Shown here: positions 55,656 through 64,000 of the stretch, piece after piece | How positions within the stretch are numbered: the stretch's first letter is position 1 | How the letters are laid out: each line of letters starts with the position of its first letter | IMG/VR virus record: IMGVR_UViG_3300020123_000219 | Coordinates: 1-64,000 of that record | Origin: a virus | Length of the DNA stretch: 64,000 nucleotides | Reading direction: 5' to 3' (one strand) | Translations under genes and position numbers: made by a program | The notes under the pieces: generated by a model | What the model saw: the letters and a program-made list of their open reading frames with translations, nothing else | What the model was told of the DNA's origin: nothing | Database searches by the model: none

Positions 55656-56486
55656 TCAGGTCACCAGCGTCTCGGTCATCTTCCGGAAAGCGGCAGCGAA
55701 CACCGGGTTCCGCATAATCCTGAAATCACCGTCGCGGCACCCCGACAGCCAGACCAGGTCACCGCAAGGCTTCCCGTCCGCGATCCTGCGGGCAAAGAAA
55801 TCCTGGGTGTAATCAAGGAACGACATGTTGTCGCGCTCGCAGAGCCGGTCAAAGTCCGGGGTGAACTCGGCGAGCCCGAACGGCTTGCCGTGCTCGTCAG
55901 CAAACGCCGCAGCCCGGTCCAGCGACAGCCCCGTCGGGTAGAACGTCACCGCCACAGAATCGGCGTACTCATCACCCGGCCAGAACCGTTCCAGCGCATC
56001 AGTGGTAATGGCAGCGAAATTGGAGACGCAGAACGTGTGCGTGAACCCGTACTGGTGAATCACCGGGACGTAGATCTCGCACAGCACCCGGTACTGCTCC
56101 GCGTGCATCTTGTGATGCGCCTCAGGATGCAGCGTCACATCCACGACCAGCCCAGCCGCCTTGCACAAGCCAAGGAACAGCGCCAGCCTGCCCGGTACCC
56201 AGCCCGCGCCCGGACGGAACACCACCAGCGTCTTGCGGCCCGTGCCCCGGTCCGTCCACGAATCAGACTCCTGCAGCCGCTCCGGGATATCCGCCCCGTA
56301 ATCATGCTTGCGGGCATACAGCGGAGCCCCGGTGAACTCCACGAACTCCGCGATAGCCCCATCCATCGGCTGGCCAGGCTCGGGGATGATGAACGCGCCG
56401 GTCAGCGAACCCCGGCCGTCCGCCACCACGAGCGGCGCCGACGCGCTCGCCTCCCCGGCGGTCACGGTCGCGAGATACCTCGTCAA
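55656..56486 (-). CDS. GH26-like glycoside hydrolase
   Basis: FWPGDEYADSVAVTFY and HGKPFGLAEF; HPE at the acid/base position. Confidence 0.65.
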   Translation of the reverse strand: MTRYLATVTAGEASASAPLVVADGRGSLTGAFIIPEPGQPMDGAIAEFVEFTGAPLYARKHDYGADIPERLQESDSWTDRGTGRKTLVVFRPGAGWVPGRLALFLGLCKAAGLVVDVTLHPEAHHKMHAEQYRVLCEIYVPVIHQYGFTHTFCVSNFAAITTDALERFWPGDEYADSVAVTFYPTGLSLDRAAAFADEHGKPFGLAEFTPDFDRLCERDNMSFLDYTQDFFARRIADGKPCGDLVWLSGCRDGDFRIMRNPVFAAAFRKMTETLVT

Positions 56487-56773
56487 GCGGTCGCGGTGAA
56501 CACGGCCACGGTGCCGTTATCGGACGACTGCGCCCACGTGCGGCTGCCCGTGTCCGACACCGACACGGTGTCACCGGCCTGCGGCGTGTTCACCGTGAAA
56601 GGGGCACTGTCCTGCGCCACCGGGGTGCCGTCGGTGTTCGAGATCACCACCGTCGCAGTGAACGTCTGGGGGACGACGCCGGGAGTGTCCGGAGTGTAGT
56701 CAGCGGTCAGGGTGATCATCTGGCCCGGCGTGTACGACGCCTGGTCGAACGTGATCGAGTTGACGACGGCCAT
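56483..56773 (-). CDS. small Ig-like protein
   Basis: FDQASYTPGQMITLT; SD GAAGG. Confidence 0.6.
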   Translation of the reverse strand: MAVVNSITFDQASYTPGQMITLTADYTPDTPGVVPQTFTATVVISNTDGTPVAQDSAPFTVNTPQAGDTVSVSDTGSRTWAQSSDNGTVAVFTATA

Positions 56774-56800
56774 CAGCGAGCCTTCCGGTGAACGGGCATC

Positions 56801-56827
56801 AAAAAAGCCCAGACATCGGCCTGGGCT
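56801..56827 (-). terminator. intrinsic terminator
   Basis: Minus strand agcccag-8nt-ctgggct followed by a T-tract. Confidence 0.7.
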
Positions 56828-56858
56828 CACCTGGAGACAGATCTGTCCCGCTGGCTGA

Positions 56859-56886
56859 ATTATAGACACAAATTGAACGCCGTCAA
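56859..56886 (-). promoter_or_regulatory. sigma70-type promoter upstream of the head-tail operon
   Basis: TTGACG-N16-TATAAT on the minus strand. Confidence 0.65.
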
Positions 56887-56928
56887 CACCCGCCGCATAA
56901 CGAGGCGCATCCCGGGGAAGAACAACCA

Positions 56929-57085
56929 TATGCCGGCCTCCCGCATGCTGCTCCTCGTAGCCGCCGCATGCTTCCTTATCGCGGCGCTCGCAGCAGCGGT
57001 CGCCGGGTTCCCGCTAGGCCCCCCGCTCGCGTGGATCGCGGGCGGGCTCAGCGCGTGGGCGCTCAGCGGCGTAGTGACCCCGTGA
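56929..57085 (+). CDS. small two-TM membrane protein
   Basis: MPASRMLLLVAAACFLIAAL...WIAGGLSAWALS. Confidence 0.55.
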
Positions 57086-57090
57086 AAAGC

Positions 57091-57122
57091 AGGACCCCCC
57101 GGGCTGCAGCCCGGGGGGTCCT
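57091..57122 (-). terminator. palindromic terminator ending the Ro60 operon
   Basis: Perfect 32-bp palindrome aggaccccccgggctgcagcccggggggtcct followed by TTTT on the minus strand. Confidence 0.7.
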
Positions 57123-57185
57123 CAACGCCCACGAAGGCCGTCAGATAATCACCGCCACCTATCTTAGGTGACTAATGTGCCTTTG

Positions 57186-57440
57186 TCAAGGCCACGAGAT
57201 ATCCCGCCACGATTTCGGCTTCCCAGCCGGGCTCAGCAGCCGCTTCAGCAGTACTTCGCCCGGTGGGACATCCATTCGCCACGTGCGCAGCGGAACTCGC
57301 TTCCCTTTCTTCCCGACCGGCCATTTCTTGCCCATGAACTTCATCGGCCTGCGGCACAGCGGGCACGCCGGGGTGCCGTGCGACTTCGCCACGAAATCGC
57401 ACGGCACGCACCAGAACTTGTACCGCTCGCTAGCTCGCAT
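57186..57440 (-). CDS. small basic zinc-ribbon protein
   Basis: CVPC...CPLC; directly downstream of Ro60. Confidence 0.6.
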   Translation of the reverse strand: MRASERYKFWCVPCDFVAKSHGTPACPLCRRPMKFMGKKWPVGKKGKRVPLRTWRMDVPPGEVLLKRLLSPAGKPKSWRDISWP

Positions 57441-57452
57441 CGCGCTGCCCCC

Positions 57453-59273
57453 TTAGCCTGCGGTCCCCCACGGCCCGTCGGACATGTAGTCCTCCGGAAC
57501 CCCGTGCTCGGTGAAAGCCTTGCAGGTAGCCGGGCGGACCTCGGCCATGCGTGCCTTCAGCCGATCCGTCCCGCTCTCGGCGAGCCACGGCCACGGCACG
57601 GTCTTGCCCGCCTGCAGCGCCGTGATCAGCCGGAACGCCGCGTCAGTCAGGCCGCCGAACGTGTGCCGGTTCGACCCGCCCGACGGCAGCGCCCCGGTCT
57701 TGTACCCGGCGAAGTTCCACATGTACACCGGGACGGTCTTCGGGATCAGGTCATCGATCAGGGTCTCGCTCATGCTGTTCGCCGCGATGCTGCGCCCGTA
57801 CTGGATGCAGTTCGACGGAAGCCACCCCGGCCGGGTCTGCTCGTCAGTCAGGATCACGACCTCCGTGTGGTACGGCTTCAGGTGATCCCGCACCGCCGCC
57901 GGGATATCAGTCCCGCCCGGAGCGGGCTTCACGGAGAACTTCTCCATGATCTTCAGCACCGACTCGCCCTTCCCGAACGGCACCGGCTTCGAATGCGCCC
58001 AGAACTCCGCCAGGTCCGCGTTATCCGCCCGCACCGCCAGCGCGGCGCCGAACAGCGCAGCAGCATCCGCCCAGTCCATGTCCGAATGCTCCGTCATCTT
58101 GTACGCCCACATCGACGGGGACCGGTCCACCAGGACCAGCGGGCGCCGCAGCGGAGTCACGTTCGCCAGCGACGCGTCCAGCGCCTTCTCCAGCGGCCAC
58201 GCCCACCGCAGCGACGGCGCGTTCCTGTACGCAAGCCAGAACGCGAACGGGAACTCACCCGACCGCGCGACCGCCTCCGGGTCGGCCAGACGGGCAGCCA
58301 CCTTCGCGGCGACCGCGTCCGAGATCCCGGCCCGGTCGAAGTTCGCGAGGTTCCGCCGCAGTGCCATGTACGGCATCGACGGGATCGCCGCCTCCCACTT
58401 CCCGGCAGTCATCTCGCCATGCGACGCGGCCCGCTCCCACGTCATCCCCGCCTTCTTAGCCGACTCAGCCGTGATCTTCGACGGATCGCGCATCAGCCGC
58501 TTGTTCTGCCGCAGAACCCGCAGCACTGCCGGGATCTCCGCGTCCTGGTCGTGGCGCCGCGCGATCAGGTACTTCCACAGCACCGCACGGTACGCCGGGT
58601 CGCCCTCGCAGCCCGGAGCGTGATGCCCCAGCGCGCCGCACAGGTAGCACGTGCCGCGAGACGTGGCGTTGTACCGCGCGTTGACGATCTCGATCACGTC
58701 ACCGAACCGGACCGCAGCCGACGGAGTATCGTACTTCGCGACCGCGTACTCCGTGTACAGGCGCGGCAGCGCATCGGCGATGCCGCGCTTCAGGCCCTTC
58801 GGCATGGTGTTCCGGCCGTACTTGGTGATCCAGTACGCGATCAGCTCGCCTGGCTCGTCACCGCGCTGCAGGACAGCGTCGGTCACCTTCCGGACCGTCC
58901 ACTCCTGAGGGTCGGCGCGGTAACGTGCCTCTTCCTTGCGTGCCTGCGCGAACTCGGCTGCGCCGTACACCGGCCCGAGCCGCAGGTTCCCGCCATCGCG
59001 TGCCCGCAGGTAGTTCAGCAGGCCACCGGCCCAGTCAGGGTCCGTGCTGGCGTTCGCGCGCACCAGCTCCGTCCACCGGGCCACCCGGGCGTCCTTGCCC
59101 TCGTGCAGGGTCTTTTCGTCCGGCATGTAGCACGACGCCAGCACGTACAGCTCTGACTTCAGGTCCCGCAGGTAGCCCTGCGCGCCCAGTGCGGTCTTCG
59201 CGTCCGGCGCAGCCTCGGAGAAGACCGGCGACGACGGCAGGGTCGTGACCCTGCCCCTGTTGTACCGCGACAT
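57453..59273 (-). CDS. rsr: Ro60 / TROVE-vWA RNA-binding protein
   Basis: TROVE helices (LQRGDEPGE, YAVAKY, MPYMALRRNL), vWA MIDAS DRSPSM, GGTD, ILTDEQ. Confidence 0.92.
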   Translation of the reverse strand: MSRYNRGRVTTLPSSPVFSEAAPDAKTALGAQGYLRDLKSELYVLASCYMPDEKTLHEGKDARVARWTELVRANASTDPDWAGGLLNYLRARDGGNLRLGPVYGAAEFAQARKEEARYRADPQEWTVRKVTDAVLQRGDEPGELIAYWITKYGRNTMPKGLKRGIADALPRLYTEYAVAKYDTPSAAVRFGDVIEIVNARYNATSRGTCYLCGALGHHAPGCEGDPAYRAVLWKYLIARRHDQDAEIPAVLRVLRQNKRLMRDPSKITAESAKKAGMTWERAASHGEMTAGKWEAAIPSMPYMALRRNLANFDRAGISDAVAAKVAARLADPEAVARSGEFPFAFWLAYRNAPSLRWAWPLEKALDASLANVTPLRRPLVLVDRSPSMWAYKMTEHSDMDWADAAALFGAALAVRADNADLAEFWAHSKPVPFGKGESVLKIMEKFSVKPAPGGTDIPAAVRDHLKPYHTEVVILTDEQTRPGWLPSNCIQYGRSIAANSMSETLIDDLIPKTVPVYMWNFAGYKTGALPSGGSNRHTFGGLTDAAFRLITALQAGKTVPWPWLAESGTDRLKARMAEVRPATCKAFTEHGVPEDYMSDGPWGTAG

Positions 59274-59313
59274 GAAAAAGTCCTCCTCGCGTCAGCGGCG
59301 GGAGGACGTGCAT

Positions 59314-59480
59314 CAGGTGACCGCGCCCGACAAGAAATGCCGGAAGACATATCAAGGACGGGACTCGAACCCGCGACCTCTACCTGCGTAGGGTAGCGCT
59401 CTTCCAACTGAGCTACCAGCACCGAATGGTGTGCTGTTATTGAAGGAACTCCCGGCGGGCACCCCGGGCGCGGTCATCTG
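59314..59480 (-). ncRNA. Y RNA-like element with permuted tRNA-like domain
   Basis: 16-bp closing stem; D arm, anticodon-like arm (loop CTACGCA), T arm GGTTCGAGTCC; acceptor-like stem cagcac/gtgctg closed by a loop. Confidence 0.8.
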
Positions 59481-59489
59481 AAGTTATGT

Positions 59490-59575
59490 CCCCTCACCGA
59501 CAACAATCGGGAAGCGGCTGTGGTTTCCACTGCGAAGGTGAGAAGTAACCGCTGCCCAGCACCCCGGTGACGGGG
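59490..59575 (-). ncRNA. second, shorter Y RNA-like stem-loop
   Basis: Long stem with the same internal loop motif (CCG-GGGUGC / AUU..UUGU-CGG) as 59314-59480. Confidence 0.7.
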
Positions 59576-60023
59576 TAGAACGAAAACTACCCTACATTGG
59601 GGAGTGCCGTTATGCAAGCCTTTTTCGGGTCATCGTCCCGCTGTGCCTTCCGGCAGCACCAGCACGGGTCCTCCGGCGTGCACCGCTGCATGCAGTCCGG
59701 GCATATCCCGTGCCGTTCCATGACCTTCCTTTCCCTTCACGGGCTTGTGGGCGCAGTCGCACCACGTGCCTCCCCGGCACTTCCCGTGCCGCTGCCTGCA
59801 GCACGCCTTGCAGATCACGCCCGCCCCAGGACCAGGCCGCCAAGACACGATGACTCGTGTACCCGCCGGTCAGCGGCAAGCGCAACGAAATCACGCTGCG
59901 AGTTCGCTGTCCTGTGCCACCCGCACCACCGCTCACCCTGGGTGCACAAAAGTATATACGGTATCTTAATAGGATTTCCGGTGACTTCACCAGCGACCGG
60001 TTCGCTGCTGTACTTTACGGCCA

Positions 60024-60599
60024 TCAGTAGAACTTCCCAACTCCCCGCTCAGTCCGGAGAACGGTCGTTGCTGAGCAACCGACGATCCTTCCCACCTCCG
60101 CCTGCGACAGGCCAGCAGCCCGCAGATTCAGTATTACAGCGGTGCGCTCGGCGAGCGCAGCCCGGTAACCCGCGCGTTCAGGAGCCCTTCTGCGCTCAGC
60201 GTACTCGCGCGCGCATGTCTTGCACTGGCCCCTGGCATTGTCGTTACCGTTCCCCCACGAGTGACCGCACGAGCGAAGCCGACTGCGACGCTCAGTACCA
60301 GAGCGCTGCATGTTCTCCGCGTGGGTAACGGCCTCAAGATGTTCCGGCCAGAAACAAGCCCTAGACCGGCATCCGCGTTCCCAAACGTGGTCGATTTCCT
60401 TCCCTGCGGGGATCGGGCCGTTAAATCTCTCATACGCGACCCGGTGAACATACTCGGGGTGTTCACCCCAGCGACAGACACCGTATCCAGATGACTTGCC
60501 GAGCGGCCAGACCAGGCAGCCGTTAGCATCACGACCCAGCGCGCCAAGCCTGACGTACTCAGGGAAGCACAGTGCCGACATGACATCTTCCGGCGTCAT
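60024..60599 (-). CDS. HNH endonuclease with C-terminal HTH
   Basis: GCLVW...GYG...VHRVAYE...IDH...C...C...HLEAVTHAEN; GLSQAEVGRIVGCSATTV. Confidence 0.88.
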   Translation of the reverse strand: MTPEDVMSALCFPEYVRLGALGRDANGCLVWPLGKSSGYGVCRWGEHPEYVHRVAYERFNGPIPAGKEIDHVWERGCRSRACFWPEHLEAVTHAENMQRSGTERRSRLRSCGHSWGNGNDNARGQCKTCAREYAERRRAPERAGYRAALAERTAVILNLRAAGLSQAEVGRIVGCSATTVLRTERGVGKFY

Positions 60600-60631
60600 G
60601 TCGGCACTGTATCACCTACATGATGTGCAGG

Positions 60632-61030
60632 TCAGATCGTCGCGTGCTTGAATACCTTGGCGGCATCCTGGACACCGGTCTGCTCACGCAGCCTGTCCAG
60701 CTCCTCCTGCACCGGGGTCTGCCTCCGGTCGAACTCGCCGTTCCTCACCCCTGCGAGGAACGCATCCCACTCGGCAGCAGTGAACTCCAGCACCGGGCCG
60801 TCAGGGTTCTTCGAATCCCTCACGAGCACCTCGGTTCCCTCTTTCACAGGATGGTAGGACTCGGGGACGGCCGACGCCTCGACGCAGCCGCTCCGCTCGC
60901 TGAAGCTGGACTTGCCCCACCCGACTTCCACGCAGCCGCCGCCGTTCCCGCCGCTGAAGCTCGCCTTGTGCCACGAGACCTCAACGCAGGACTGGCTGGC
61001 GAACGAATATGACGACTTGAACCAGGTCAT
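60632..61030 (-). CDS. DUF397 protein with three tandem repeats
   Basis: Three W.K[SA]S.S...CVE units, then VRDSKNPDGPVLEFTAAEWDAF. Confidence 0.9.
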   Translation of the reverse strand: MTWFKSSYSFASQSCVEVSWHKASFSGGNGGGCVEVGWGKSSFSERSGCVEASAVPESYHPVKEGTEVLVRDSKNPDGPVLEFTAAEWDAFLAGVRNGEFDRRQTPVQEELDRLREQTGVQDAAKVFKHATI

Positions 61031-61043
61031 GGGCGTTTCCTTT

Positions 61044-61640
61044 TCATCGGACTCGGAAGTATTCCGTCGGGTGCCACCACTGGTCATAGTGGATGACGCT
61101 GACAGGGGAACCGGAATCGTGCGCCCCCAGAGTGTACCCGGAGCGGTCGTACAGCTCCACGTGCCCGGACCCGTAGAACGCGAGATCGCCTTTCCTCGGG
61201 TGGTAGACGCGGACCAGCTGCCGGCTGCCCAGCATCTCGTACGTCGTCCGGGGCAGGTAAACCCCGGCGTGCCGGTAGGCCATCATCACCAGCCCCGAGC
61301 AGTCGTAACCGTCGTGGCACGGCCCGGTGCCGCCCCACACGTACCAGCAGCCCCTCTGGGACATCGCCCACCTGTAGGCGATCAGCCGCCGGGACGTACC
61401 CGACCGGACCGGGATCAGGTCACCGTGCGCCTTCCCCGAACGGGTAACCAGCACGCGTGCGTCCCGCGCCGCCGGAGCTGCAGGGACAGCAGGAGCAGCC
61501 GGCGCGGCGAACCTGGCTGCTTTCGACAGGGCAGCGGGCTGGGCGAACGCGGACGTGCCGCGCGGAGTAGCCAGCAGAACCCCCGCCAGGATGAAGGACG
61601 CCGCGCCGAGCCACGCAGCCGTGATCTTCGCGCGCCTCAT
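61044..61640 (-). CDS. secreted NlpC/P60 peptidoglycan endopeptidase
   Basis: Signal peptide; YVWGG...YDCSGLV...GDLAFY...HVELY...H. Confidence 0.92.
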   Translation of the reverse strand: MRRAKITAAWLGAASFILAGVLLATPRGTSAFAQPAALSKAARFAAPAAPAVPAAPAARDARVLVTRSGKAHGDLIPVRSGTSRRLIAYRWAMSQRGCWYVWGGTGPCHDGYDCSGLVMMAYRHAGVYLPRTTYEMLGSRQLVRVYHPRKGDLAFYGSGHVELYDRSGYTLGAHDSGSPVSVIHYDQWWHPTEYFRVR

Positions 61641-62404
61641 GCCTGGCACCCGTCGTAGCTGCTCCACGGCGAGGCGCCGGCTTCGGCGTAAAGCTTGTCG
61701 AATGCCTCGTACTGCACCGACGGGGGTGCCGTGGATGCGCCGCCCGGGTAGCCGAGGCCCATGCCGTCCCAGGTGGACAGCAGGAACCCGAACAGGCCCG
61801 ACGCCCCCGATGACGGGTTGTAAGCAGCCGGGTCTCCGCCGGACTCGGACGCGATCACGCACGCGGTGAACGCGGCGGGCGGGGTGCCGTAACCGCCGGA
61901 AACCGGCGGAGCGGGAGCGGGCGCCGCCGGGGGCGGCGAGGTGACCGGCTGGGCGGGCTGGGCGGGCTGCGCAGTGGTCACTGGCGCAGGAGGCGGCGGC
62001 GGGGCGGCAGCGCTCTGCGCCTTCGCCATCACCAACGAGGAAACACCCGGCGACGCGGGGATCTGGACGCCGTCACCTGCCTCGATGACGTTCGGGTCCG
62101 GGATCAGGTTTCTGTTCGCCCACCACAGGGCAGGCCAGTCACCAGCGGACCCGAACACGCGGCGGGCGATGACGGACAGCGTGTCGCCCCGCCTGACCAC
62201 GACGTACCGGGGACGTGCAGGCCGTGCGGCCTGCGGGTGCTCCTGAGCAGCCCCTGCCGGGCCGGGAGACGTGAGAGAGATCGTGCCCGCCAGGCGCGCA
62301 GCCGGACCGGGCCGGGCACTGGCGGACGGGACCGCCGCGACCAGGATCGCGGCGGTGGCGGAGACGCCCGCTAGGGACAGGGCGATCCTCCGGGATCGGT
62401 GCAT
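61637..62404 (-). CDS. LysM + Rpf/SceD-like lytic transglycosylase
   Basis: Signal peptide; YVVVRRGDTLSVIA (LysM); CVIASESGG...SGASGLFGF. Confidence 0.88.
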   Translation of the reverse strand: MHRSRRIALSLAGVSATAAILVAAVPSASARPGPAARLAGTISLTSPGPAGAAQEHPQAARPARPRYVVVRRGDTLSVIARRVFGSAGDWPALWWANRNLIPDPNVIEAGDGVQIPASPGVSSLVMAKAQSAAAPPPPPAPVTTAQPAQPAQPVTSPPPAAPAPAPPVSGGYGTPPAAFTACVIASESGGDPAAYNPSSGASGLFGFLLSTWDGMGLGYPGGASTAPPSVQYEAFDKLYAEAGASPWSSYDGCQA

Positions 62405-62934
62405 GTGTCTCCAGACACTCGCAGTGCGCGCTGACCGCCAGCGCCCGGCTACGGGGGGTGACGGCAGCGCCTGGTGAAAGGCACAGTAACACATCCGTGA
62501 TCCCGCGCAAACCTTTTGATGAAATTTTCATCCGTTCCTTAGCGGCGCTAAGATAGTGATAGGTTCCGAAAGACGGGGAACGGAAGGAAACGAACATGAA
62601 CTGCGACCGGTGCGGCCAGTGGGTCGGGATCGCCAGCAACGGTGAACTAGCCAGGCACAACGACCCGAAGACGGGCAGGACGTGCACCTGACGGACAGGA
62701 TCAGGATCTACCTGGAGCCACGCGACCTGTGGGTCGGGCTCTACGTCAGCCCCCGGCACCTCTACTGGTGCCCGCTGCCCTGCCTCGTGGTCAGGTGGAC
62801 GAGGAAACGCAGGATAAAGTACCCGCTGGTGCCGAACTGCGCGGGCTGCGGCCACATGTGGGCTCTCCACGGCCTGAACTACCGAGGCGGCGGCTGCTAC
62901 GCCGACAGCGACTGCCCGTGCCTTGAATACGAGG

Positions 62935-63990
62935 CTAGTGGTGAGAAGCCCGGAGTTCTTCCCATTCTGCGAGCGCTCGCCGGGACGCTGCGACGACCTC
63001 GGGGGTGATCTTGTGGTGCCCCCAGTGCAGGTCACCGCGAGCCCACCTCTTCACCGCGTTGATCGCGGTGGCGATGGCCTGTGACTCATCCATGCCCTGG
63101 TCCCGCATGAGGGCGTGGGCTATGTGCTCGATATAGTTCGGGAGCTTCTGCGGACGACTGACGTGCCGGTCCGGTGTGTGCCACAGCCCGTGCGTGCCCA
63201 GCAGGTCCGGGGTCGCCTCAAGACGGGGGGTCTCCGCTGACTTCGACACCATCGCCGCGATGTGGTCCCACTCCGACGCCAGTTCCATCCGCAGGTCCGG
63301 ATGCGACCCCATCTCCCCCGGATGGAACCACCCCAGATCCTCCGGGTCACCGTCCGGGTGATCCGGGTCGACGACATGGCCGCGTCGCTGCGGGACCGCT
63401 GATTCTGACGGTACTTCGAGGAAGTACACGCGGTGCTTCCCGTTCGGCGAGTCCACCCAGCCCGTGACCTTCCCGTCGGGCGGCAGGCACCTGGTCTCCT
63501 CCGCCCACTCCCGCATCGCCGCGTCCAGCGGCAGCTCCCCGTCCTCCATCCGCCCGCCCGGGAACTCCCACTTCCCGCCCGCGTCATCATCCGGGTCAGG
63601 GCGGCGCCGCATCATCAGCACCCGCCCGGAATCCGCAGCGTGCACGGCCACCGACGCGGCCCGCATGCCCTTCGACGCCGCCGAGTCGGTCGCTCCCGGG
63701 TCACCCTCGTGGTACTGGTAGTCGTGGGACTTCTCCGCCTCCCGCGCCGTCTCCATGTCAACCCGGCCCACATAGGCGTGGATCGGCTCGCCCAGCTCGT
63801 GGTACGCCACCGCGTGATGATGCCCGTCGATAATGATCAGGTGCGTGCCCCGGTCAGTGTCCGGCCGGTCGATCATCACGACCGGCTTCGGCTGCCTGCC
63901 CGCCGCCAGGTCGTCCTTGATCTTCCGCTTGAAACGGTCGACCTTCGCGTCCTCATGCCCCGCCGCCCACTTCTCCGGGGTATAGTTCAC
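62935..63990 (-). CDS. C-terminal part of a large multidomain (probably head-associated) protein: ParB-like + Nudix
   Basis: IIDGHHH (ParB/Srx-like); GKWEFPGGRMEDGELPLDAAMREWAEET Nudix box; frame stays open to the window edge. Confidence 0.8.
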   Translation of the reverse strand: MNYTPEKWAAGHEDAKVDRFKRKIKDDLAAGRQPKPVVMIDRPDTDRGTHLIIIDGHHHAVAYHELGEPIHAYVGRVDMETAREAEKSHDYQYHEGDPGATDSAASKGMRAASVAVHAADSGRVLMMRRRPDPDDDAGGKWEFPGGRMEDGELPLDAAMREWAEETRCLPPDGKVTGWVDSPNGKHRVYFLEVPSESAVPQRRGHVVDPDHPDGDPEDLGWFHPGEMGSHPDLRMELASEWDHIAAMVSKSAETPRLEATPDLLGTHGLWHTPDRHVSRPQKLPNYIEHIAHALMRDQGMDESQAIATAINAVKRWARGDLHWGHHKITPEVVAASRRALAEWEELRASHH

Positions 63991-64000
63991 CTGCGTCGCA

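Noticed and set aside
36205-59156. Long + strand ORFs (36205-38670, 46451-48163, 49633-51897, 57168-59156)
   Set aside because: Antisense shadows of high-GC minus-strand genes with clear families.
59350-59422. Canonical tRNA-Arg(ACG)
   Set aside because: The acceptor stem does not pair in the normal order, there is no CCA, and position 37 is C. It is better read as a Y-RNA domain.

Overview
This high-GC window looks like a large part of a tailed (siphovirus-like) actinobacteriophage. Left half, mostly + strand: early and accessory genes, including Lsr2, a BldC-like HTH, a GH12 glucanase, the YqaJ/RecT recombination pair, a full seryl-tRNA synthetase, a RAMP/Cas7-like protein, a HAD phosphatase and VRR-NUC. 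The terminase large subunit lies on the - strand at 4.8-6.5 kb. Right half, - strand: virion operon with prohead protease, major capsid, glycosyltransferase and methyltransferase, head-tail connectors, tail tube, a tail chaperone with a -1 frameshift site, tape measure, minor tail proteins and membrane/lysis-like genes. Further right are a Ro60/TROVE gene with two Y-RNA-like elements, cell-wall hydrolases and a ParB/Nudix protein cut by the window edge. Main discovery: four dispersed non-coding arrays (647-780 +, 3372-3690 +, 4159-4830 +, 6520-6822 -). Each opens with a hairpin carrying a conserved 12-nt loop (GTWYGGTCRYYA), followed by ~29-nt units of CGAC + (NNNNC)x4-5, i.e. a fixed C every fifth base with variable sequence between. 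With the orphan RAMP/Cas7-like gene (19961-20833) and no CRISPR array or other cas gene recognised, this is a candidate non-CRISPR RNA-guided system; that link is inference. Second highlight: a Ro60 with an inserted CCHC zinc knuckle next to a permuted tRNA-like Y RNA. I recognised no integrase, DNA polymerase, primase or portal gene. All family calls come from reading motifs by eye, with no database searches.
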